DNA from: Zestosphaera tikiterensis
GTDB lineage: Archaea > Thermoproteota > Thermoprotei_A > Sulfolobales > NBVN01
Length of the DNA: 32,000 nt
Assembly: GCA_003056265.1 (NCBI GenBank)
Contig: NBVN01000004.1
Location: 90,001-122,000 of the forward strand
Direction: 5' to 3'
A program made the position numbers and the translations under genes. Of the stretch, positions 19,230 to 26,598 are shown in pieces (position 1 is the stretch's first letter; every line of letters begins with the position of its first letter). The notes under the pieces are model-generated. The model worked only from the letters and a program-made list of their open reading frames with translations. It had not been told where the DNA came from and made no database searches.

Positions 19230-19238
19230 CTTTCGGGT

Positions 19239-19904
19239 GTAACAAACGTAACAAACTTCTCTAAGGTTGTTCTTGGCTATGCTTATAGAAGAGCTATGAT
19301 ACAGCGTAGGTGGAGCAAAACTTACGGAGTTGTTGGTAATAGAATGCTTGAAGTAGCTCTAAGGAAGCTTAGGGAGGGGAGAGTTAAAACCGACTTAAAA
19401 CGAAAGCTAGCTAAAACCGTTGTAGAGATTGTTAAGGACGGTGCAGTCATACTTGAGGACTTACCTAAGGAGTTCCAAGATAGGGTTATCGAAAAGAATG
19501 GTGTGAAGGGCTTAGACGCGCATAGGCTAAAGCAGTCCAGCATGCGTAGAGTGCAGAAGCTGATAATTGAAAAGCTCTCTGAGCAATGCGTACCATACGT
19601 TCTGGTTAACCCAGCCCACACCTCTTCAGTTTGCCCGAGATGCAACTCTAAACTCGTTCCTGTGACGGGCAATGCCCAGAGGAACGGGTGGAAACCAAGG
19701 ATAATGAAGTGCCCGAACTGCGGATTCATGCATGATAGAGATGTTATTGGAGCAGTCAACATAGTTAGGAAATATCTCCTAGATATGAGCCCTGTGCCGT
19801 TGGGCTCGAAGGGTGTCCATGACCTCCATGTGGAGTGGTCCGTGACCACCGTGAACCATGGAGAAGAGGCACAACCCATCCTAGCAAGACCTACAGTGAC
19901 CTAG
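19239..19904 (+). pseudogene. tnpB: 5'-truncated tnpB remnant (C-terminal RuvC-II/Zn-finger/RuvC-III half only)
   Basis: ORF 19296-19904 contains ILEDLPKEF, NPAHTSSVCPRCNSKL...CPNCGFMHDRDVIGAVNI. The reading frame stays open upstream to the IS junction at 19239. The N-terminal half with RuvC-I is absent. Confidence 0.75.
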
Positions 19905-19905
19905 G

Positions 19906-20100
19906 ATGGGAAACGGTAGCACATTAAGAGATCTTTTTGAAGTGATTAAGGCAAAGATAAATAGAAGAATTGGTGAGGGTATCCTCGAAGGTAGGCTTTT
20001 TCTTTACATATCAGTGAATGACGTAGGGGTTAACACGTTAAACTATGTCCTCAGAGACGGCGATCGAGTAACTATAACGACGCCTGAGATGGGTGGCTAA
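19906..20100 (+). CDS. MoaD/ThiS/Urm1-like beta-grasp protein ending in Gly-Gly; apparently N-terminally truncated
   Basis: The C-terminus is LRDGDRVTITTPEMGG*. At 64 aa it lacks the first beta-strand. Its ATG lies inside the IS-remnant terminal stem (19901-19910). Confidence 0.55.
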   Translation: MGNGSTLRDLFEVIKAKINRRIGEGILEGRLFLYISVNDVGVNTLNYVLRDGDRVTITTPEMGG

Positions 20101-20132
20101 CGCCTCTTTTCAAACGGTGGGTGTTTCTAAGG

Positions 20133-20585
20133 TTATGAGACTATATCGATATAGCCTAACTTCTCTAGGAGTAGTGCTTTATGTATTTTCAACGTAGTTA
20201 AAGCTCCTTTAGAGAAGTGTTTCCCATCCACTACTAAATCACTGCTTTTAACTACTACCGCCACGTAACCCTCCGAATCTACAAACCCTTTAAGTGTTAA
20301 TTTAAAGTATCTCTCAACAATGCCTAGGGATAGGTTAATAACCTCCTTATCTATGGAGTCTTCTGAAATCGTGAAGTCAACGCTTTTAGCTAGTCTTACC
20401 TTAGCTAACTTACTTGCTAGGTCATCTAATAATTCAATGTAGTGAGAGCAGACGTCAAGCATTAAGTTGTTTAAGCACCAGTCGAGTACGTGTTGTATCT
20501 CTCTATATAGATTTTCTAAAACCTCTCTTGAAATTTTAGCTGGTTTTAAATTACTTATTTCGTTTTTTAAGTACTCCCTAATCAT
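20133..20585 (-). CDS. GINS-like replication protein (Gins15/51-type), tentative
   Basis: The 150-aa protein has a helical N-part and a C-terminal block VAVVVKSSDLVVDGKHFSKGALTTLKIHKALLLEKLGYIDIV resembling the GINS B-domain. Gins15 is a PriS neighbour in Sulfolobus, recalled from memory. Confidence 0.4.
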   Translation of the reverse strand: MIREYLKNEISNLKPAKISREVLENLYREIQHVLDWCLNNLMLDVCSHYIELLDDLASKLAKVRLAKSVDFTISEDSIDKEVINLSLGIVERYFKLTLKGFVDSEGYVAVVVKSSDLVVDGKHFSKGALTTLKIHKALLLEKLGYIDIVS

Positions 20586-20707
20586 CTAATCCCTAAAAAA
20601 CTTCTGCGAAGCTAATTAAATAGCTTAACGCTTACTAAACTGTTTTGAAGGGATTGTCTTTTAAGCGTTTCATGAATATAGAGGTTTTACATCGGGGGTA
20701 TTAAAGG

Positions 20708-21868
20708 TTGTGGTTTGTGAGTGCTGGGGCTTACTTAGCTTTGCTTTCCTTTATGGATTTAAGCATGTATTTATACATAGCTTACACACTAGGAGTTGAC
20801 CCCTTAACCTTAGGTGTAGCAAGCGCTTTATGGAGTGCTTCATTTATCTTTTCTAACGCTATATTCAATCACTTAGTTGATAAAGGATCTACGAAACTAG
20901 CTTCATTGATATCAGGTTCCTCTCTGATTGTTTCCTCAATTGTTTTGTTTAATTCAAATAACGTAGTATTATGTGTAGTTATGTACATGCTTCATGCTTT
21001 AGCTACGGCGTCTGGGAGGCTGGCGTCAAACGTTGCTTTACTTGAGTTTAGCGACAGTGACGATTGGAGTTTTCTAAACTCTTTAATGAATTTCCTAACC
21101 ACGTTTATAAGAGGTTTACTGCTAGTGTTTTTCTCACTAGGATTTCTCACACTTAACATATTGTACGTCACCGTCATTGCCTTAACCACGCTTTACGTTA
21201 TCACGCTACCTAACGTATGGGTTTCTATAGAAAGATCCGTTTTTTCAATGTCGAAACAGTTGGAGGCCTTAAGTAAGCATGTTAGGGTTGTTACAGCACT
21301 TACTTACTTAGTGGAAAGACCCTACACAGCTGCTGAGGCTTTCGAAAGTTTATGGAGGTCTAGTAAGGAGTTCTCACCTGTTAAACCTTTGCTAAGCGTG
21401 TTTTTACTAGTTACGGGATCCGATACTCTTATGGCTATGTTGCCGTTAATTTTAAGATCTAAAATAGCTGCAAGCGATACATATATGGTTTACGGTATCG
21501 CATCTTTAATAGCTGCGGTAGTTCTAATAGCGGTTTCTACATGTAGAGGTTCTAAGGGAATGGCCATTTTAGCTGTATCCGCCAGGATTTTAGTTTTCCC
21601 CACCCTACTCTTACTAGACAACTTGACATTTCTAGTTACGTTCTTAGTTCTTGCTAACGTCTTTTACAATATCTACGTTACTAGCGTATATTACTTATAC
21701 GTTAAAGCAACTTCAGGGTATAAGCTCTCACTATATAACATGTCTTTAGAAGCGGGTTCCATCTTAGGATCTTTAATTGGGGGGTACGTAACGTTCAACT
21801 ACGGTTATAACTATACCTTAATAGCGTCCATTATAGGGCATATAGCTTCAGCTATAGTACTGATTTAA
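20708..21868 (+). CDS. Polytopic membrane transporter, MFS-like
   Basis: The 386-aa protein is hydrophobic throughout, with about 10-12 predicted TM segments by eye. Confidence 0.5.
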   Translation: MWFVSAGAYLALLSFMDLSMYLYIAYTLGVDPLTLGVASALWSASFIFSNAIFNHLVDKGSTKLASLISGSSLIVSSIVLFNSNNVVLCVVMYMLHALATASGRLASNVALLEFSDSDDWSFLNSLMNFLTTFIRGLLLVFFSLGFLTLNILYVTVIALTTLYVITLPNVWVSIERSVFSMSKQLEALSKHVRVVTALTYLVERPYTAAEAFESLWRSSKEFSPVKPLLSVFLLVTGSDTLMAMLPLILRSKIAASDTYMVYGIASLIAAVVLIAVSTCRGSKGMAILAVSARILVFPTLLLLDNLTFLVTFLVLANVFYNIYVTSVYYLYVKATSGYKLSLYNMSLEAGSILGSLIGGYVTFNYGYNYTLIASIIGHIASAIVLI

Positions 21869-21980
21869 ATTGCTTAGATTTATCTTAAAGGTTGTTTCTA
21901 AGGTATTGAAACCCTAAGATATTGTGAATGAGTCTTAATTGCTTGAAACCTTATAATCTACTAAACTTATAAACGTATCG

Positions 21981-22064
21981 GTGACCTCGGGGTTCCGAGA
22001 TCCGTAGGGCTTTGAAGCTCTAGGCAACTAGAGCAGAGCTACTGCGGTGAGGGGCCCCGAGAGG
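21981..22064 (+). ncRNA. Kink-turn hairpin RNA, copy A (unassigned family); the transcript may extend to about 22128
   Basis: TATA-like CTTATAAT lies at 21950-21957, about 30 nt upstream. The basal helix is 21985-21995/22051-22063. The K-turn has a bulge CGA (21996-98), G.A/A.G pairs (21999-22000 with 22049-22050), a U.U pair (22001/22048) and then CCG/CGG. The region is GC-rich in AT-rich surroundings and homologous to copy B. Confidence 0.6.
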
Positions 22065-22193
22065 AAGCGTGATGAACCAGACCACTGAACTAAAAGCAAT
22101 TGAAAATATCAAGGAATACCGTGGTCTGAGGAACGCTGTTTGTTAAACACTTATTAATTAATGCGTTAATTAAAGTTTGTAGGTGAAGATTGA

Positions 22194-23363
22194 ATGGCTT
22201 TCAACTCCTTAAATCCTTTAGCAGAAGCTTTAAAGATTAAGGACTTAATCATTGGGTGGCGGCGTGAATTCCACGCATACCCTGAACTTGGTTTTGAGGA
22301 ATTCAGAACCTCTCAAATCGTCGAGGAAAACCTTAGGAGTTGGGGCTATAAAGTTAGGAGGGTTGGGACTGGGGTTATAGCTGACTTAAGCGGTGGGGAT
22401 GGTTTAACTATCGCTTTAAGGGCCGATATGGACGCCCTACCTATCCAGGAGGAGAATGACGTACCTTATAGATCTAAGGTCCCAGGTAAGATGCATGCTT
22501 GCGGGCATGACGCTCATGTAGCAATGCTTTTAGGCGCTGCTAAAATCATTGCTGAATTCTCGCATATACTTCCTAATAAGGTTAGGTTAATTTTCCAACC
22601 TGCTGAGGAAACCGTTTCAGGAGCTTTAAGGATGGTTGAGGGAGGTGCTGTTGATGGCGTTGACTTCATATTTGGTATTCACGTATGGGCTGACCTACCC
22701 AGCGGCGTTATCGGTTTAAAAGAAGGTGCTTTCTTAGCTGGGGCGGGCTCTTTCGATATTAGGATTGTAGGTAAAGGAGGTCATGGCGCGGCACCGCATG
22801 AGGCTATTGACCCCATACCTATAGCGGCTCAGGCAATATTAGCTTTTCAAACTATAGTGAGTAGGTTCTTAAATCCGCTGGAAAAAGGTGTCGTGAGTGT
22901 TTGCTCCGTTAAAGCGGGTGAAGCCCATAACGTCATACCTAACGACGTTGTTATGAAAGGCACTTATAGATTCTATAGCGATTCGGTAGCTAAGCTTATT
23001 GAGAGGAAAGTAGATGAGATTTTAAAAGGGTTAACTTCAGCTTACGGAGCTACTTACGAATTAAGGATGGAGAGAACGGCACTACCCGTAATTAACGATT
23101 CTAAAGCTATTTCATACGTTAAGAAAGTGGCTGAGGCTTTAAACGTTAAAACCTTTGAGATACCCGCCACTATGGCATCAGAGGATTTCTCAGAATACCT
23201 TCAGAGAGTTCCAGGTGCTTTTATAGCTTTAGGCGTTAAAAACGAAAGCAAGGGAATTATCTATCCACACCACCACCCTAAGTTCAACTTAGATGAGGAT
23301 GCGCTACCTATAGGAACAGCTTTAGAGGTGGGGCTAGTTTTTCATGATTATTCATCATATTAG
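22194..23363 (+). CDS. M20-family amidohydrolase (aminoacylase/carboxypeptidase type)
   Basis: Motifs seen are ELGFEEFRTS, LRADMDALP, MHACGHDAH and FQPAEE. A GGTGA Shine-Dalgarno-like motif precedes the ATG. Confidence 0.85.
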   Translation: MAFNSLNPLAEALKIKDLIIGWRREFHAYPELGFEEFRTSQIVEENLRSWGYKVRRVGTGVIADLSGGDGLTIALRADMDALPIQEENDVPYRSKVPGKMHACGHDAHVAMLLGAAKIIAEFSHILPNKVRLIFQPAEETVSGALRMVEGGAVDGVDFIFGIHVWADLPSGVIGLKEGAFLAGAGSFDIRIVGKGGHGAAPHEAIDPIPIAAQAILAFQTIVSRFLNPLEKGVVSVCSVKAGEAHNVIPNDVVMKGTYRFYSDSVAKLIERKVDEILKGLTSAYGATYELRMERTALPVINDSKAISYVKKVAEALNVKTFEIPATMASEDFSEYLQRVPGAFIALGVKNESKGIIYPHHHPKFNLDEDALPIGTALEVGLVFHDYSSY

Positions 23364-23442
23364 TTTCAGTTCTTTCATGGCTATCACATACAGTGATGTC
23401 GCGTGTCTAGGGCTTATAGGCTCAGCAACTTATGAATTTACT

Positions 23443-23497
23443 TGATGACTTCGGGTTTCCGAGATCCGTGGCTGAACCGCGGTGAGGGGGCTCGAAG
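23443..23497 (+). ncRNA. Kink-turn hairpin RNA, copy B (unassigned family); the 3' extent is unknown
   Basis: TATA-like CTTATAGG lies at 23413-23420, 30 nt upstream. The basal helix is 23449-23459/23486-23497. The K-turn has a bulge CGA (23460-62), GA (23463-64) with GA (23484-85), and a U.U pair (23465/23483). The apical stem is 23466-71/23477-82 with loop CUGAA. Confidence 0.6.
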
Positions 23498-23669
23498 AGA
23501 CCGTAAGGAATCCGAGGGTGGTGGGGAAAAAGAAAAATAAAACCACTCCCCGATGGATGGTTAGTCTTCAGCAATTACCTTCGGTAAATCCGTTGATTTA
23601 ACGTTAACGTAGTTGATTGATTTTAAACTTACGAAACCAGCTTATATGCGTGGATGAATTAGTGGGAAG

Positions 23670-24362
23670 GTGAGTACTGTGGGGAAGGTTTTAGAACTTC
23701 TTTCGAGGAGGAAACCCCTTCTTCAAGTAGCTTTAGATTTCACTAGGCTGGAGGAGGCTGCACGTTTAGTTAATTCACTAAGTGGGTTGGACGTAGATAT
23801 CTATGAAGTTGGAACGCCGTTAATAAAAAGTGAAGGTGTTAAAGCTGTGGGCGTCATTAAAAGTTTAGTTCCCGCTGCTTCAGCTGTTTACGCAGATATG
23901 AAAATATGCGATGTAGGTTCTTTAGAGGTTTCTCTAGCTCATGAGGCTGGAGCTGATGCTGTAAGCGTTATAGGTGCGACGGATAATGCCGTTATAGAGT
24001 CGGCGTTTAATGAAGCGTTAAAAAGAAACGTTGACTTAGTAGTTGACTTAATAGGTGTGAGGGAAATCATAGCTAGAATTGAAGAGTTAAGTAAGGGTTT
24101 AGGGATTAAAGTCTTTGAAATACATATCGGTATAGACGCTCAGAGAAAGGGCTTGGGGATAGCCTCCGTTAAAGACTTAATAGCAGAAGTAAAGAGGCGA
24201 TACCCGCAAATAATCTTAGCCGTAGCTGGCGGCATTAAGAAAGACGACGTAAAAATCCTTAAGCAGTTAGGCGTTGATATAGTGATTGTAGGGGGTTATA
24301 TCACGAGATCTTCAGATCCTCGGAAAGCTGCTGAGGAAATAATAGCTGAATTACGTAAATAG
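23670..24362 (+). CDS. 3-hexulose-6-phosphate synthase / KGPDC-like enzyme (OMP-decarboxylase superfamily)
   Basis: Motifs seen are LQVALDF, EVGTPLIKSEG, YADMKICDVG, HIGIDAQ, AVAGGI and VIVGGYITRSSDP. Confidence 0.7.
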   Translation: MSTVGKVLELLSRRKPLLQVALDFTRLEEAARLVNSLSGLDVDIYEVGTPLIKSEGVKAVGVIKSLVPAASAVYADMKICDVGSLEVSLAHEAGADAVSVIGATDNAVIESAFNEALKRNVDLVVDLIGVREIIARIEELSKGLGIKVFEIHIGIDAQRKGLGIASVKDLIAEVKRRYPQIILAVAGGIKKDDVKILKQLGVDIVIVGGYITRSSDPRKAAEEIIAELRK

Positions 24363-24464
24363 TTTAAACGACTAGCTTAACTGTTGGGTTAGCATCTTCC
24401 AAACACCTGCAAGAGAATTAAGGTGGAAACCACTTTTAATCCTTCAGATATGTATGCTTAGGTA

Positions 24465-25409
24465 GTGGATGCGTTACCTAAAGCTGCAAAACAATCGGTG
24501 GGTAGGAGAGTGTCTTTAGAGACGTTGATTGCTGGAGTATTGACAGTTGCGGGATTTACTTTAGTTAGAGCTAGAGCGTATAGGATTCTTAAGGTTGTTA
24601 ATGACGTACTTTTCTACGTTACTTTGCCTGGACTTATATTTTTCACTATAGTTGATTTGGAGGGGATCGACGAGTTTCTCGCTATGGTTTTCATATCTTT
24701 AATTCACATGTGTGTGATGTTCGTCTTTACATATCTCACGTCTAGAGCATTCCTTAAAGACGCATTGATGAGGTTAACTATAGCTACGTCGCTTACGATA
24801 AATAACGCTATATTTTTAGCAATGCCTTTATCCACGTTAATATATGGCTATGCTACGCCAGTGCTTCCATATTCCATAGCTTTTAACGTATACTTAACTC
24901 CATACTTGGTCTTCTTAACGTTTAAAGTACCTGGAAATTCAAACAACCTTAGTAAAGCTTTAAAGCCTTTACCACATATAATTGCTTTTATCGCATCTCT
25001 CTCACTTAAGTTAACGGCGTATGATTTAAACTTGGGATTGGATCACGTGCTTAAACTCCTCAGCTATATGAACTACGCTGGATTTTTAATTATCGGAGGT
25101 CAGTTAGCTAAACTTAAGATTGATTACTTAAGGAGTTTTATGAGAAGCGTTCTAATAGCCTCCGTAATTAAATACGTGGTTTCACCTACCGCAGCGGTTC
25201 TTCTATATATGTCGTTAACCTTATCAAAACACATCTCAGGAATTTATTTTAATGGGCTTATACTGCAGAGTTTAATGCCGCCGGCCATAACCACGGTAGT
25301 AATAGCTGAAACTTATAAGTTGGATGTGAAGTTCACAACACTTCTTTTAACGGTGTTAACCCCAATTTCAATAATTGTGTCTATAGCCGTAGGTTATTTA
25401 ATTGTTTAA
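24465..25409 (+). CDS. AEC (auxin efflux carrier) family membrane transporter
   Basis: The 314-aa polytopic protein has a C-terminal block LMPPAITTVVIAETYKLDVKFTTLLLTVLTPISI resembling the AEC family signature. Confidence 0.6.
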   Translation: MDALPKAAKQSVGRRVSLETLIAGVLTVAGFTLVRARAYRILKVVNDVLFYVTLPGLIFFTIVDLEGIDEFLAMVFISLIHMCVMFVFTYLTSRAFLKDALMRLTIATSLTINNAIFLAMPLSTLIYGYATPVLPYSIAFNVYLTPYLVFLTFKVPGNSNNLSKALKPLPHIIAFIASLSLKLTAYDLNLGLDHVLKLLSYMNYAGFLIIGGQLAKLKIDYLRSFMRSVLIASVIKYVVSPTAAVLLYMSLTLSKHISGIYFNGLILQSLMPPAITTVVIAETYKLDVKFTTLLLTVLTPISIIVSIAVGYLIV

Positions 25410-25437
25410 CTTTTTCGATCTTAATTTAGTATTTAAT

Positions 25438-26598
25438 CTATAGAGTTCGATGAACGGCTCTTAACGCTTCCATTAGTTTAATGAAATTCTCTTTAAAGTA
25501 ATATGGTTTCTGACCGATTCCTATCCTAACAAATCCCGGCAATTCAAAACATTCCCCAGGGTTTATTAAGATGCTGTGGTTCTTAAACAGATGTTGAGCT
25601 ACGTTTAAGGTGTCGTTACTCCAAGGTATTCGCGCCCAGAGGAAAGCACCCGCACTCGGCCAATAAGGCTCTAAAACATCTTTATAATCCACTAAAATAC
25701 CTCTTGCTATGTTTATGTTCTCACTAACTATGTTTTTAGCTCTCCCCTTCAGTTTCTTAACCGCTTCAGGCTCAAGAACTCTAGACGCTATGTAGTCACT
25801 AATTATTGATGGCGCTATTGAGGTATAGTCTTTGACTCTCCAAGCCTTGTCTATTAAATCTTTAGGCCCGGCTACCCAACCAATTCTCAACCCAGGCAGG
25901 CCGTACACTTTAGAAAGACCTGATACTGAGACAACGTTATACGGTCCGGCAACCTCAATTATGCTTGCTTTAGGATCATCTAATTCAAGGCCCCAGTAAA
26001 CCTCATCAAAAACTAAGGTTATGTTGTTTTTAACGGCTTCTTCAGCGAGTTCACTTAATACTTTCTTATCTGCGTGGTTGCCTGTAGGGTTATTAGGATC
26101 TGTAACGAATATTGCTTTAGGACTTCTGTCTTTGATGAAGTTTAAAAACTCCTCTAGCGGTAAATCCCACTTCGGCGGTTTTCTCCATACAGGTATTATA
26201 CGAGCTCCAACCCACTTAAGAAGCCCATACACCTGCATATAGTTTGGCATGTCAACAATCACTACATCACCGTTTGAAACCAGACTTAATACCGACAGTA
26301 GGTTAGCTTCGGCGGAGCCGTTAGTGACTATAATGTTTTCTTCGTCGATAACGTTACTATATAGTGATGATATGTGCTCCCTAAGTTTTGGAGATCCTTT
26401 AGTCCATCCATAACTTAATTCAAGCTTAGATATCTCCTTAAGATCCACGCCTAACTCCTCAAGCTCTGAGATGCTTAATGGGTGAACACCGCTTTCACTA
26501 AGCAGTACTTCAGCCTTAGTTTCATGTAGGCTTTGCCATCTTTCAAGACAAAACGTAGGTAGGTTTTTAAGTACTTCTCTAAATAGAATATCATGCAT
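25438..26598 (-). CDS. PLP-dependent aminotransferase, class I/II
   Basis: Motifs seen are VTNGSAEAN, TDPNNPTG, and the Lys motif SGLSKVYGLPGLRIGW. Confidence 0.82.
   Translation of the reverse strand: MHDILFREVLKNLPTFCLERWQSLHETKAEVLLSESGVHPLSISELEELGVDLKEISKLELSYGWTKGSPKLREHISSLYSNVIDEENIIVTNGSAEANLLSVLSLVSNGDVVIVDMPNYMQVYGLLKWVGARIIPVWRKPPKWDLPLEEFLNFIKDRSPKAIFVTDPNNPTGNHADKKVLSELAEEAVKNNITLVFDEVYWGLELDDPKASIIEVAGPYNVVSVSGLSKVYGLPGLRIGWVAGPKDLIDKAWRVKDYTSIAPSIISDYIASRVLEPEAVKKLKGRAKNIVSENINIARGILVDYKDVLEPYWPSAGAFLWARIPWSNDTLNVAQHLFKNHSILINPGECFELPGFVRIGIGQKPYYFKENFIKLMEALRAVHRTL

Larger units (their letters stand above)
17440..19238 (-). mobile_element. IS200/IS605-family insertion sequence (tnpA + tnpB); boundaries approximate
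   Basis: A Y1 HUH transposase gene overlaps a TnpB gene. The left-end subterminal hairpin lies at 19210-19229 and is preceded by TTAC (reverse complement of gtaa at 19239-19242). The right-end side has a 10-bp stem at 17450-17459/17490-17499. The right boundary is not resolvable from a single copy. Confidence 0.8.

Noticed and set aside
19239-19256. Whether the tandem GTAACAAAC x2 is a CRISPR array or a microsatellite.
   Set aside because: There are only two 9-bp units with no spacers. The position at the IS junction explains it better. No CRISPR-like repeat-spacer array was seen anywhere in the window.
17563-19879. ORFs 17563-17796 (+), 18292-18528 (+), 18952-19194 (+) and 19322-19879 (-), which lie within the IS region.
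   Set aside because: They are antisense to tnpB, tnpA or the tnpB remnant, all of which carry clear catalytic motifs. They are most likely non-coding.
21981-23497. Whether K-turn RNAs A and B are canonical C/D sRNAs, H/ACA sRNAs or tRNAs.
   Set aside because: The K-turn lies inside one continuous long helix. There are no C-guide-D'/C'-guide-D spacings, no internal pseudouridylation pocket or 3' ACA box, and the GGTTCCGAGATCC stretch is not a 7-nt T-loop. They are reported as an unassigned family instead.
24421-24437. A small hairpin GGUGG-AAA-CCAC followed by UUUU, downstream of the HPS-like gene, as a possible terminator.
   Set aside because: The stem is only 4-5 bp, and archaeal termination needs just the T-tract. 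The evidence is too weak to annotate.
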